Origin: an uncultured Gammaproteobacteria bacterium
Lineage (GTDB): Bacteria; Patescibacteriota; Patescibacteriia; Magasanikbacterales; UBA922
Assembly (NCBI GenBank): GCA_964535435.1
Contig: CAZHUL010000002.1
Span: 1-38,232 of the forward strand
Length of the DNA stretch: 38,232 bases
Direction: 5' to 3'
Shown: piece by piece, positions 1 to 8,626 of the stretch
Layout of the letters: every line of letters begins with the position of its first letter
Numbering within the stretch: the first letter of the stretch is position 1
Program-made: the position numbers and the translations under genes
Notes under the pieces: model-generated
The model's input: only the letters and a program-made list of their open reading frames with translations
The model's database searches: none
What the model was told of the DNA's origin: nothing

Positions 1-836
1 GCCATAGCAACTGAAACTTCAATAAGTTCAATTATATTATAATCTGCATAAGGACTAAAAATTCCTAACAATAGCACACCAACCGAAATAAGCACAATTA
101 TACCTCCCAAAGTTTTTGCCAATTTTTTAAGTTGTAATTGTAATGGAGTTCCCGTGTCTTGAGTATCTTTTACAAGCTGTGCGACTTTGCCTATTTCTGT
201 TTTTGCGCCAATTGCTGTTACAATAATTTTTGCTATACCACTTGCAACGATAGTCCCGCGATAAACCATATTTTTTCTATCTGGCAATCTGGTATTCTTA
301 TCTAATTTTTCAAGTATTTTTTTAATAGGCTCCACTTCTCCTGTAAGTAAAGTCTCGTTTACCTTTAGATCTTTTTCTTCTATTATTCGACCATCTGCCT
401 GAATTTTATCTCCCGGATTCAAAATTAAAATATCTCCAACTGTTATTTCTTCACTATTTAAACTAATCACCCTTTCTTCACGCAAAACTATTGCTTTATA
501 TTTTATCATAGAGCCAAGTTTTTTTAGAGCTCTACTTGCCTTGTCTTCTTGCACAAAACCTATCACAGCATTTACAGAAGTGGTAATAAGAATAATTGTC
601 ATATCCAAAAAATCCCCCAAAAAACCACTAACAACACCTGCTACAACTAAAATTATAATCAATGGACTTTTCCACTGATTCAAAAAAATCTTAAATCTGG
701 AGATACTTTCTCCTGCAGTTGAAAATTTATTTTTACCATATTTTTTAACTCTTTTTGATACTTCTTTTGCCGACAGTCCTTCCCTAGAAGAGTCCAATTC
801 TCTAAGTACATGTTCTATATTTTGTGAGTGATACAT
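1..836 (-). CDS. P-type (E1-E2) cation-transporting ATPase, N-terminal ~278 aa only; the gene continues beyond the window start
   Basis: I translated the minus strand from the ATG at 834-836: MYHSQNIEHVLRELDSSREGLSAKEVSKRVKKYGKNKF...WKSPLIIILVVAG...ILNPGDKIQADGRII...NETLLTGEVEPI...RKNMVYRGTIVASG. This matches a Cation_ATPase_N helix, TM1/TM2 and an actuator domain with a TGE motif. It is absent from the ORF track because it is open at the window edge. Confidence 0.8.
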   Translation of the reverse strand, partial: MYHSQNIEHVLRELDSSREGLSAKEVSKRVKKYGKNKFSTAGESISRFKIFLNQWKSPLIIILVVAGVVSGFLGDFLDMTIILITTSVNAVIGFVQEDKASRALKKLGSMIKYKAIVLREERVISLNSEEITVGDILILNPGDKIQADGRIIEEKDLKVNETLLTGEVEPIKKILEKLDKNTRLPDRKNMVYRGTIVASGIAKIIVTAIGAKTEIGKVAQLVKDTQDTGTPLQLQLKKLAKTLGGIIVLISVGVLLLGIFSPYADYNIIELIEVSVAM

Positions 837-871
837 ATTTTCTCAAAAAAACTTGATTTTTTTATAGAAAT

Positions 872-880
872 AGTATATCA
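872..880 (-). promoter_or_regulatory. Extended -10 promoter element (TGaTATACT) for the P-type ATPase gene
   Basis: The minus strand reads ...aaataTGaTATACTatttc..., about 35 nt upstream of the ATG at 836. Confidence 0.45.
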
Positions 881-911
881 TATTTAAGTCTTTATTTTTA
901 GAGACATTTTC

Positions 912-984
912 GATCTGGTAGCTCAGTAGGTAGAGCAGCAGCCTTTTAAGCTGATGGTCGCGGGTTCGATCCCCGCCCAGGTCA
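912..984 (+). tRNA. tRNA-Lys (anticodon UUU), CCA not encoded
   Basis: The sequence folds as a cloverleaf. The acceptor stem is GATCTGG/CCAGGTC, the D arm is GCTC-AGTAGGTA-GAGC, and the anticodon arm is GCAGC-CTTTTAA-GCTGA with loop C-T-TTT-A-A. The T arm is GCGGG-TTCGATC-CCCGC and the discriminator is A at 984. Confidence 0.93.
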
Positions 985-985
985 C

Positions 986-1011
986 AAAAAACACCTTTTT
1001 TGGTGTTTTTT
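986..1011 (+). terminator. Intrinsic terminator after tRNA-Lys
   Basis: aaaaaACACCttttttGGTGTttttt: a 5-bp core stem extended by an A-run/T-run, followed by a T tract. Confidence 0.6.
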
Positions 1012-1033
1012 ATTTACCTTATTTTTAAAAATT

Positions 1034-1066
1034 AAAAAACGGACAGTGTTTAGCTGTCCGTTTAAA
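1034..1066. terminator. Bidirectional hairpin terminator overlapping the stop codon of the M50 protease gene
   Basis: aaaaaaCGGACAGtgtttagCTGTCCGttt: a 7-bp GC-containing stem flanked by an A-run and a T-run. Confidence 0.6.
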
Positions 1067-1790
1067 AATAAAACTTGTTTTTGATTTTAGATCTTGATAA
1101 TTGTTTGCACTTACCCCAAATCTTTTCCCCATCAAACCCAGGGATTGGGAGTGCATCTAACATTGCAACTGCAAAAGATACAGCTACAAATATTACACAA
1201 ATTTTAAAACCATAACTTAATTCCAAACCACTTTGACCAAACATTATTGTTTCCACAAGTTGGAAATATGTATCCATAATCCCAACCTTAGAAAAAAATG
1301 ACTTTACCACTATTACAATTGGCAAAGTCCACATAAAAAACAGAAAGAAAATAGATATTTTGGTGATTTGCCAATTGTAAACGGCCATTAAGAACACAAT
1401 CAACAAAGATTGACCCCAAAACAATTGGATGTTTGCCAACGATTCCGACGACACTAAAAAAAATAACCCTGCAAACCATACAACTACCAAGCTACTCAGA
1501 ATGTTTGCAGAAATTCCTGCACCATAAACCACAATTTGGTCTGTGATACTACGCTTGAATATATTCCCATTTGGGATAAACCCAAAAACTGGGAAAGGTG
1601 CACAAAAAGAAATCTTCATTTCTGGAGACTTTCGCAACAGAAAGCTCCAAGAAAGTCTCTTTGAAATCTCATAGCCGACGATAATCTCGTCGACAATAAT
1701 CCTCTTGGCACGAAACGAGACAAAGTGTCCCACTTCGTGAATAAGAATTGCCAAAAAGACAATTCCACAAGAAGCAAGGATAATTCCCAT
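1062..1790 (-). CDS. Site-2 protease family (M50) membrane zinc metalloprotease
   Basis: An HExxH motif (LIHEVGHFV) sits at residues 18-22. The C-terminus has LDALPIPGFDGEKIW, an NxxPxxxxDG-type motif, and there are several TM helices. An AGGAGG SD lies at 1799-1804, 8 nt upstream of the ATG. Confidence 0.8.
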   Translation of the reverse strand: MGIILASCGIVFLAILIHEVGHFVSFRAKRIIVDEIIVGYEISKRLSWSFLLRKSPEMKISFCAPFPVFGFIPNGNIFKRSITDQIVVYGAGISANILSSLVVVWFAGLFFLVSSESLANIQLFWGQSLLIVFLMAVYNWQITKISIFFLFFMWTLPIVIVVKSFFSKVGIMDTYFQLVETIMFGQSGLELSYGFKICVIFVAVSFAVAMLDALPIPGFDGEKIWGKCKQLSRSKIKNKFYF

Positions 1791-1854
1791 TTTTCTACCC
1801 TCCTTTTACTTGTTGTTGTCAAATTTAAACCAACCAAGTAACATACTCTATTTT

Positions 1855-2313
1855 TTAGGATTTGTCAATAGAAATACCCTTTACAATTAAAAAAGTTGTA
1901 AGTGATGTAAAAGCAAGCTGCAAAAATGGAGTTAAACCAACCTTTAAATAGGGAACTAACGGCATAAATTCTCTATAACCCCATTTACCCAAATAAAGTG
2001 CATGAAGCTCAACAGTTGTAGCACTTATAAAACCTACAAATAAAATTAATATTACATCTTTTTTGTTTATCTTTTTTACCCAATTAGAATCTTCTTTTAA
2101 AAATGCCATAAATAGATACAAAGCTATAATAAAACCAGCATCCCAAAAAGTAGCACGAACCAACATTGGAATATGTTCTTTTAAACTATCTGTACAAGAA
2201 TATAAAAATGAATGCAAAACTTCCCATACTGTATTTATTGCAAGTCCTACCAAAAACACATAAAGTATTATTTTCCAGTTTTTTGTTAAAAAATTTATTG
2301 TTTTTTTGTACAT
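1855..2313 (-). CDS. Integral membrane protein of unknown function (about 4 TM)
   Basis: This is a 152-aa ORF with four hydrophobic segments. I recognise no motif. Confidence 0.55.
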   Translation of the reverse strand: MYKKTINFLTKNWKIILYVFLVGLAINTVWEVLHSFLYSCTDSLKEHIPMLVRATFWDAGFIIALYLFMAFLKEDSNWVKKINKKDVILILFVGFISATTVELHALYLGKWGYREFMPLVPYLKVGLTPFLQLAFTSLTTFLIVKGISIDKS

Positions 2314-2436
2314 ATTGTTGATAATTAATCAAAGATGTTGTTATATCTTTTAATTTAACAACCACAAATAAAATATCAGGTTCATTTGCGCAAACATTCT
2401 TGTCTTCAAAACCCTATAATTTATAAGGTTTTTATT

Positions 2437-3915
2437 TTAAATTCTTTTTATTGCAGTTTCAATTCTTTGCAATGTTTTTTCTTTTCCTAATACATTTGCA
2501 ATTTCAAACGGACTTGGTGAATTTTTCTTACCAGACAATGAGACACGAACAGGCCAAAGTACATCTCCCACTCCATAACCTTTTTCTGCAATCCAATTTT
2601 TTGTTTTTTCTTCCAAAATTTCTGTTGTCCAATCACTATCCGCTAAAGTTTCAAAAAACTGTGCAACTTCTTGTAATTTTTCTTTTGCGTCTTCTTTTGT
2701 ACTCTTTTTCCAAACCAATAATTCTGTGCCAAAATCTAAATTTTCTGAAAACAAAAATGCAATTGCCTCTGGAATTTCTTTTAATGTTGCGACCCTGTCT
2801 TTTTCCAAACTTACAGCTTTTTGCAAAAATTCTAGGTCTCCACTTGTTAAATTTGCATTCAATAAAAATTGATTTGCTTTTTCTAACAACTCTTTGTCGC
2901 TTAAATTTTTTATATATTGTGAATTATACCAATCTAACTTTTCATGATTAAAAACTGCAGCGGCTTTGGAAATTCTTTCTACGGAAAATTCTTTTTCTAA
3001 TTCTGCTAAACCAAAAATTTCGCGTTCGTCTCCTGGATTCCAACCCAAAAATGCTACAAAATTAACCAAAGCTTCTGGTAAATATCCTGCTTCTTTAAAA
3101 TCGGTTACAGAAACATCACCGTGACGTTTTGAAAGTTTTTGTTTTTGTTCGTTTATTAAAAGCGAAAGGTGTGCAAACTGCGGAGGTGTCCAACCAAACA
3201 TTTCATACAAAACCACATGTTTTGGTGTTGAAGAAAGCCATTCCTCTCCACGAAAAATATGGGTAATCTCCATTAAATGATCATCTACTACAACTGCCAA
3301 ATGATAAGTAGGAAAACCGTCTGACTTTAAAATAACTTGATCATCTACCAAATCATTTTTAAATTCAACCTTTCCGCGCACTAAATCTGTAAACTTTGTG
3401 ACTCCTTCTTTTGGCATTTTCATTCTCACTACAAACTTCTCATCTGCTTCTATTTTTGAATTTACTTCTTCTACAGATAATTTTCTACAACATCCATCAT
3501 AACCGGTTGGTTGTTTATTTTTTTGTTGAGTTTCTCTAAGTTCTGCCAAACGCTCCGTACCACAAAAACATTTGTACGCATGGCCTTTTTTCAACAATTC
3601 ATTTACATATTTATGATAAATTTCTAGTCTTTCTGACTGAATATAAGAGTCCAAAACACCCTTTTGAACAATATTTTTGTTCTCATCAAAAACTACACCT
3701 TCATCTGGCTTAATTCCTGCCCAATATAAAGAATTCAGTATATTTTCAATTCCACCTTCTACAAACCTCTCGCGATCTGTATCTTCTATACGAAGCATAA
3801 ATTTACCATTATTTTTCTTGGCAAACAAATACGCATAAAGCGCAGTTCTTAAACCACCCACATGTAAAAACCCTGTTGGGCTTGGCGCAAATCTAGTTTT
3901 TATCATAATTATCAT
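2437..3915 (-). CDS. gltX: Glutamate--tRNA ligase (GluRS)
   Basis: The protein shows IKTRFAPSPTGFLHVGGLRTALYAYLFA (HIGH region), LRIEDTDRER and KLSKRHG (KMSKS-like). The track start at 3948 is a TTG codon. The ATG candidates are 3915 (MIIMIKTRF) and 3906 (MIKTRF), and I cannot choose between them. Confidence 0.93.
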   Translation of the reverse strand: MIIMIKTRFAPSPTGFLHVGGLRTALYAYLFAKKNNGKFMLRIEDTDRERFVEGGIENILNSLYWAGIKPDEGVVFDENKNIVQKGVLDSYIQSERLEIYHKYVNELLKKGHAYKCFCGTERLAELRETQQKNKQPTGYDGCCRKLSVEEVNSKIEADEKFVVRMKMPKEGVTKFTDLVRGKVEFKNDLVDDQVILKSDGFPTYHLAVVVDDHLMEITHIFRGEEWLSSTPKHVVLYEMFGWTPPQFAHLSLLINEQKQKLSKRHGDVSVTDFKEAGYLPEALVNFVAFLGWNPGDEREIFGLAELEKEFSVERISKAAAVFNHEKLDWYNSQYIKNLSDKELLEKANQFLLNANLTSGDLEFLQKAVSLEKDRVATLKEIPEAIAFLFSENLDFGTELLVWKKSTKEDAKEKLQEVAQFFETLADSDWTTEILEEKTKNWIAEKGYGVGDVLWPVRVSLSGKKNSPSPFEIANVLGKEKTLQRIETAIKRI

Positions 3916-4669
3916 TAAACTGTGTAATATATAAATAAGGGAAAACAATTACAGCATTATAAATTCTTTTCCATCTTTTTGGGTCTTTTTTTAATCTCCA
4001 CAACCATTCCAAACCAAAACTTCTCATAATTTCTGGTGCTCTTTCTACTTCTCCGCTTATAAAATTAAAAGCCCCGCCAACGCCCATTGCTATTTTTATA
4101 TTTGGTAAATCTTTTAAATACCTATCTATCCATTTTTCTTGTTTTCCATGACCAAATGCTACAAACAAAACATCGGCTTGGCTCCTATTTATTCTTTCTA
4201 AAACTAAGCTATTTACAACTTCTTCTACCTCCAAATTTCCATCTTCTTTTTCTGAAACTTGAGGACCTTCATGAAAATCTGAAATTGTTAAATTTGGAAA
4301 AACTTTAATTAAATTTAATGCGGTTCTTTTTACTACTTTTAAATCTCCACTTCCAAGCAAAAAAACTTTTTCATTTCTTTTTTCTATTAATTTACAAATA
4401 TCCAACATAAAATCTACTCCTTGAATACTTTGTATTGTGCCAAGAGAACAAATAGAAATTCCTTTGCCATCACAAATGTTTAAGTCGGCTTTGTTTAAAA
4501 TTTCTTTAAAATCTTTGTCCGAGTGAGCTTTTACCAACATCTCGGGATTTGGAGTATAAATTTTATACTGAAAATTTTCATCCAAAAAACTGATTACTTT
4601 TTTACTAGCCATGTGCCTGGTCAAATCATCTAACCTTACTCCCAAAAAATACTTGAACATAAAACCCAT
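3893..4669 (-). CDS. WecG/TagA/CpsF-family glycosyltransferase (N-acetylmannosaminyltransferase-like)
   Basis: YTPNPEMLV, ICDGKGI, FVAFGHGKQEKWI and GVGGAFNFISGEVERAPEIMRSFGLEWLWRLKKDPKRWKR match the Glyco_tran_WecB pattern. An AAGGAGG sequence lies upstream at 12-nt spacing. Confidence 0.85.
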   Translation of the reverse strand: MGFMFKYFLGVRLDDLTRHMASKKVISFLDENFQYKIYTPNPEMLVKAHSDKDFKEILNKADLNICDGKGISICSLGTIQSIQGVDFMLDICKLIEKRNEKVFLLGSGDLKVVKRTALNLIKVFPNLTISDFHEGPQVSEKEDGNLEVEEVVNSLVLERINRSQADVLFVAFGHGKQEKWIDRYLKDLPNIKIAMGVGGAFNFISGEVERAPEIMRSFGLEWLWRLKKDPKRWKRIYNAVIVFPYLYITQFNDNYDKN

Positions 4670-4832
4670 TTAAACTAAATACCTCCTTATAACTTACCAC
4701 TATTCTCTATTTTTTTCCAGTCTTTTTTACTATTTTTTAAATATAAGAAAAAAACTAGACAAAAATTTATATAAACACAAAAATATAATCAATATTGCCT
4801 TTTTGTTTGAATAAAAATTAGCCCAAATTGAG

Positions 4833-5060
4833 CTAATTTAATTTTATGTTTGCAGTATATCTTCCTATCAAAAAACCAGAAACAACTGCCGAAAAAGCTA
4901 CAGCAATACACAAACCATAAATTTCAAAATTTGTAATTGGTTCATAGAAACGATGGCTTGGAAACATAATCGACAAAATAACATAAAAAACAAGCCAAAA
5001 AAATAAACTAAGAAATAATGTTATAAATGATACCAAAAGAACTTTTACCAGACTTCCCAT
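4833..5060 (-). CDS. Small membrane protein (2-3 TM), unknown function
   Basis: This is a 75-aa hydrophobic ORF. An AGGAGG SD at 5066-5071 sits 5 nt from the ATG and overlaps the stop of the upstream gene. Confidence 0.55.
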   Translation of the reverse strand: MGSLVKVLLVSFITLFLSLFFWLVFYVILSIMFPSHRFYEPITNFEIYGLCIAVAFSAVVSGFLIGRYTANIKLN

Positions 5061-5069
5061 TTTTTCCTC

Positions 5070-5453
5070 CTATTTATTTTTTTCCAATAAATAGCCTACT
5101 GTAGTGGTTAATATTGGAAGTGATAGATAGCGAATTCCTATCTCCGAGAAATAACTCCCAACACCCATTCCAGACATTGGAAGTAATACTATTAAATCTA
5201 GCACTATACTAATTAAAAACCAAACAAGTCCAACCACAATACTAGTTTTAAGAAAATTAATCTCCACTTTTTTGAAATACCAAATCAATACACAAGCTCC
5301 AGTAAAAGTTCCTACCACAATCATAATAGACTTAAACAAAAAAACATCTACTAATAATTCACCATCTTTATTAAAAAATAAAATAGATATAATAAACGGA
5401 ATTAGCCAAATAAAAAAACCGAATAAAATTAATTTTCCTATTTTTTTAATCAT
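5070..5453 (-). CDS. 127-aa four-TM membrane protein, paralog of 28725..29108
   Basis: The ORF is hydrophobic. The block WYFKKVEINFLKTSIVVGLVWFLISIVLDLI aligns by eye with WYFKQDEPTTTKGAVLGISWIVSLVVLELI in the other 127-aa ORF. Confidence 0.6.
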   Translation of the reverse strand: MIKKIGKLILFGFFIWLIPFIISILFFNKDGELLVDVFLFKSIMIVVGTFTGACVLIWYFKKVEINFLKTSIVVGLVWFLISIVLDLIVLLPMSGMGVGSYFSEIGIRYLSLPILTTTVGYLLEKNK

Positions 5454-5511
5454 ATAAAAAATTAAAATGACTTATATAAGATATATTAACATATTTTTAA
5501 ATTCTTTACTT

Positions 5512-5772
5512 TTATTCATAGGGAAAAATTTTATTTCCATTTTCATCGTAAAGATGTACTGCCAACACAGGGCAAGCTTCTGCCGCCATCTTTAAAATAT
5601 CATCATCGCTTGCGTCTGGATTAACAATATAAGCAAGATTCTCATCGTCCATTTGAAAAATTTCCGGAGCAACAACGACACAAGAACGAGCACCAATGCA
5701 ACCTTCTCTGTCTACCACAATTCTACGAATTTTCCCAGTTTGTCTTGTCGCCTCAAATTTATGTTCTGCCAT
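5512..5772 (-). CDS. Small single-cluster ferredoxin (CxxAxxC...CP pattern, probably [3Fe-4S])
   Basis: CIGARSCVVVAPEIF and AAEACPVLAV are present. The track start at 5784 is GTG. The ATG at 5772 (MAEHKF) is preceded by AGGTGA (5781-5786) at 8-nt spacing. Confidence 0.8.
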   Translation of the reverse strand: MAEHKFEATRQTGKIRRIVVDREGCIGARSCVVVAPEIFQMDDENLAYIVNPDASDDDILKMAAEACPVLAVHLYDENGNKIFPYE

Positions 5773-5773
5773 A

Positions 5774-6049
5774 TTATATATCACCTAAAAAATTATCTTT
5801 TAAAATTAAATTATTTTTTTCTTTTATTCTTTCTACTTCTCTACCATTTTCATAAACAGAAAAAACTTTATCATCTTTTCTTACGTTTACCGCATTGCAA
5901 CAATGTCCGGTACAACCACAAAAATCCAAATCTATTTTATCATTTTGTTCTCCTGCTTTCAAATTAAACCCTTGCTCGTACTCTCTCATTTTTTTTTCTG
6001 AACCATTCAACCTACAAGAGATTCCTTTGCAAATCCTAATTTTTTTCAT
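5774..6049 (-). CDS. Thioredoxin-like [2Fe-2S] ferredoxin (NuoE/HndA-like fold)
   Basis: MKKIRICKGISCRLNG...FCGCTGHCCNAVNV shows a C-x4-C ... C-x3-C cysteine pattern. The longer track ORF to 6103 starts with TTG and overlaps the upstream gene. The ATG at 6049 abuts the DUF59 stop. Confidence 0.7.
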   Translation of the reverse strand: MKKIRICKGISCRLNGSEKKMREYEQGFNLKAGEQNDKIDLDFCGCTGHCCNAVNVRKDDKVFSVYENGREVERIKEKNNLILKDNFLGDI

Positions 6050-6050
6050 A

Positions 6051-6353
6051 TTATATTCCCAAAGCCGCACGTAATTCTGTGGGTGGTGTCCACATTGGTT
6101 CAAAAGTAATTTCTACTTCAACATTTTTAAACCCCAAAATTTTTATTTCTTTTTCAACCTCTCCAATTAACATTGGCCCAACAGGACAGGTTGGGGTTGT
6201 AAAAGTCATTATAACTTTTACATCATTTTTACTCAAAATTTGAATATCATAAATTAAACCCATTGTGTAAATATCAATGCTCAATTCTGGATCTATTATA
6301 GTTTCTAGTCTTTCAACTATTTGTTCTTTATTTGGTATATTTTTCATAACCAT
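6051..6353 (-). CDS. DUF59/MIP18-family Fe-S assembly protein (SufT/PaaD-like)
   Basis: IVERLETIIDPELSIDIYTMGLIYDI and TFTTPTCPVGPML are present. The track start at 6362 is TTG, and ATG candidates lie at 6353 and 6347. The gene overlaps the sufC 3' end by at least 20 nt. Confidence 0.8.
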   Translation of the reverse strand: MVMKNIPNKEQIVERLETIIDPELSIDIYTMGLIYDIQILSKNDVKVIMTFTTPTCPVGPMLIGEVEKEIKILGFKNVEVEITFEPMWTPPTELRAALGI

Positions 6354-7062
6354 TTTTTTCAATTTCTTTTGCTAGTTCCTTTTTACCGGATTTAATAATT
6401 TTTCCATCAACTAAAATATGCACAAAATCCGGTTTTACATATTCCAAAATTCTATTATAATGTGTAATCAATAAAATTGCATTTTCTTGATTGCGAAATT
6501 TATTTATTCCGTTTGAAACAATTCTTAAAGCATCTACATCTAAGCCAGAATCTGTTTCATCTAGAATTACACACTTTGGACTTAGGACGGAAAGTTGTAA
6601 AATTTCTAACTTCTTTTTTTCTCCACCGGAAAACCCAACATTCAAATAACGACTTGCAAAAGCAGAATCCATATCTAACTCTTTCATTTTTTCTAACAAA
6701 CTTTTGTAAAATGTAATTGGATTTTGCACCTCGCCAGTTAAAGTAGACTTTACTATCCTCAAAAAGTTTGTAATTGTAACACCTCCAACTTCCGGTGAAT
6801 TTTGCATAGATAAAAATAAGCCAAGTTTTGCACGCTGGTCTGGCGTTAAAGTTTTGATAGATTTTCCACCTATCAAAATATCGCCTTCTATAATTTTATA
6901 TTTTGGGTGACCAGCCAAAACCAAGCTCAAAGTAGATTTTCCAGAACCATTTGGGCCCATAATTGCGTGAATTTCTCCAGCCTTTATTTCCAAATTAATT
7001 CCTTTTAGAACTTCTTTTCCTTCAACTTCAACTTTTAAATTTTCTATTTTAAAACTTTTCAT
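6328..7062 (-). CDS. sufC: Fe-S cluster assembly ATPase SufC
   Basis: The protein has a Walker A motif (GPNGSGKST), an ABC signature (FSGGEKKK) and a Walker B motif (ILDETDSGLD), at the typical ~245-aa length. Confidence 0.92.
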   Translation of the reverse strand: MKSFKIENLKVEVEGKEVLKGINLEIKAGEIHAIMGPNGSGKSTLSLVLAGHPKYKIIEGDILIGGKSIKTLTPDQRAKLGLFLSMQNSPEVGGVTITNFLRIVKSTLTGEVQNPITFYKSLLEKMKELDMDSAFASRYLNVGFSGGEKKKLEILQLSVLSPKCVILDETDSGLDVDALRIVSNGINKFRNQENAILLITHYNRILEYVKPDFVHILVDGKIIKSGKKELAKEIEKNGYEKYTK

Positions 7063-7065
7063 AAT

Positions 7066-7431
7066 TTATTTTATAGATTTTTGAATTGTATTTTTTCCAA
7101 GCATTGCACATTTAATCCTCGTATGGCTAATCTCAATACCCAGCATTTTCAAAACATCTTCATCTTTTATTTTTAAAATTTTCTCTTTTGTTTTTCCCTT
7201 TATAAAATCTGTTAACAAAGATGTCGCGGCTTGCGAAATTGCGCATCCATCTCCAACAAATCCAACGTCAACAACTTTATCATTTTTAAATTTAATTTTT
7301 ATTTTTATTTCATCTCCACACATTGGATTTATTCCTTCTTCACAAATATCAAAGTCCACTAAATCTTTTTTATTTAATGGATTCTTATAAAGATACAAAA
7401 TATTTTCTTTGTACATTTCTTCCAAACTCAT
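7066..7431 (-). CDS. sufU: SufU/IscU-like (NifU N-terminal family) sulfur acceptor/scaffold
   Basis: Three conserved Cys contexts are present (NPMCGDEI, GDGCAISQA, RIKCAML), and the gene sits immediately downstream of sufS. Confidence 0.85.
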   Translation of the reverse strand: MSLEEMYKENILYLYKNPLNKKDLVDFDICEEGINPMCGDEIKIKIKFKNDKVVDVGFVGDGCAISQAATSLLTDFIKGKTKEKILKIKDEDVLKMLGIEISHTRIKCAMLGKNTIQKSIK

Positions 7432-7432
7432 A

Positions 7433-8626
7433 TTAAAATAATTCCTTTATTTTTTTTAAACCTTCAATCAATCTGTCCACATCTTCTTCGTCATTATAAA
7501 TTCCAAATGAAATTCTAGTTGTACCGTTTATTCCTAAATGTTTCATTAAAGGCATAGTACAATGGTGTCCAGCACGTACTGCGATATTTTGACTATCCAA
7601 AATACTAGCAATGTCGTGTGGATGTACTCCTTCAATTACAAAAGAAATTATAGAAATTCTCTCTGCCCCCTCGGCTAGAATACTTAAACCATCTATTTCT
7701 TTTAGCCTTTTAACCGCATAAGAACACACATTTTGTTCATGCTCAAAAACAGACCTCATTCCAACATTTTGCAGATATTTTATAGATTTTGCAAGTCCAA
7801 TAATTTGTGCAATTGGCGGAGTACCGGCTTCAAACTTAAACGGAACTTCATTCCAAGTTGCATCAGTATAACTAACTTTGGAAATCATGTCTCCACCAAA
7901 ATTTACCGGTTCTAATTTTTCTAATAATTTAATTTTTCCAAAAATTACACCAACTCCGGTTGGTCCATAAAGCTTATGACCAGAAAAAACAAAGAAATCA
8001 CAATCTAAATCTTTTACATTTATTTCTATTGAAACTATAGATTGTGCGCCGTCCAAAATAGTTATTGCACCAACTTTTTTTGCAATTTCAATCAATTTTT
8101 TTGCCGGCGCAATTACTCCAAGTGCATTAGAAACATGTGCAAAAGAAACTATCTTTGTTTTTTCATTTATTAGCTTTTTTGCAGACTCCAAATCCAATTC
8201 TAAATTTTTATTTAATTCTATAAATCTAATTTCAAAACCTTTTTCTTTTGATTTTTGTTGCCAAGGAATTAAATTTGCATGGTGTTCTAATCTTGTTAAA
8301 ACTATATTATCCCCAGCTTTTAAATCCTTACAAAGCATTTGTGAAAGCATATTTATTCCCATAGTTGTTCCACTTGTTAATAAGATTTCTTGGCTTTCTG
8401 CAGACAAAAAATCAGCAATAACTTTTCTAGCATCCTCATATTTTTTACTCGCGTTTTCACTTAATTTGTAAGCTCCACGGTGTATGTTTGATTTTACAGA
8501 ATAGTAATTATTCATTTCTTCTACTACAATATTTGGAATTTGCGCGGTTGCCCCATTATCAAGATAAACCAAATTACTGAAATCAAAAATTTTAAAATCT
8601 TTTTTTATTGCTTTTCCTAATTTCAT
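7433..8626 (-). CDS. sufS: Class II cysteine desulfurase SufS
   Basis: The protein shows LDNGATAQ, HHANLIPWQ, FSGHKLYGPTGVGV (PLP lysine) and RAGHHCTMPL (active-site Cys loop). Confidence 0.92.
   Translation of the reverse strand: MKLGKAIKKDFKIFDFSNLVYLDNGATAQIPNIVVEEMNNYYSVKSNIHRGAYKLSENASKKYEDARKVIADFLSAESQEILLTSGTTMGINMLSQMLCKDLKAGDNIVLTRLEHHANLIPWQQKSKEKGFEIRFIELNKNLELDLESAKKLINEKTKIVSFAHVSNALGVIAPAKKLIEIAKKVGAITILDGAQSIVSIEINVKDLDCDFFVFSGHKLYGPTGVGVIFGKIKLLEKLEPVNFGGDMISKVSYTDATWNEVPFKFEAGTPPIAQIIGLAKSIKYLQNVGMRSVFEHEQNVCSYAVKRLKEIDGLSILAEGAERISIISFVIEGVHPHDIASILDSQNIAVRAGHHCTMPLMKHLGINGTTRISFGIYNDEEDVDRLIEGLKKIKELF

Noticed and set aside
912-984. tRNA-Lys as the attachment site of an integrated element.
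   Set aside because: I looked for a direct repeat of the tRNA 3' half (TTCGATCCCCGCCCAGGTCA) elsewhere in the window. Only an 8-nt match (GATCCCCG at 34004-34011) exists, and it is part of a terminator stem. There is no integrase, and the flanking genes are housekeeping.
2451-2951. Long antisense or alternative-frame ORFs from the track. Examples are 2451..2951 (166 aa, opposite gltX), 18233..18607 (opposite yvcK), 21323..21634 (opposite rpoA), 30869..31252 and 36941..37303 (opposite purB), and 23899..24147 (alternative frame of gtrA).
   Set aside because: Each lies entirely inside a confidently identified conserved gene on the other strand or frame. Their products are low-complexity Leu/Phe/Lys/Ser-rich strings with no motifs, and none has promoter or SD signals. 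They are the expected shadow ORFs of codon-biased AT-rich genes.
3916-3948. N-terminal extensions in the ORF track. The affected ends are 3948, 5784, 6103, 6362, 9345, 16896, 17226, 18114, 20589, 33411 and 34896.
   Set aside because: I checked the codons. These longest-ORF starts are TTG or GTG codons. The extensions overlap the upstream gene or a terminator hairpin and add non-conserved residues ahead of a canonical family N-terminus such as MKVLVYSTPTCPYC or MKKEIVIIGGGTG. I used the first ATG instead. Exact starts remain uncertain without comparative data.
4670-4832. The largest intergenic gaps (4670-4832, 2314-2436, 23583-23702, 35937-36060) as hiding places for small structured RNAs such as SRP RNA, 6S RNA or riboswitches.
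   Set aside because: I read both strands and found only promoter-like hexamers, SD sequences and AT-rich terminator hairpins. There are no conserved motifs such as the SRP domain IV GGAA/AGCA loops or T-box or riboswitch cores, and the sequence is too AT-rich for stable multi-helix folds. I cannot fully exclude them without covariance-model scans.
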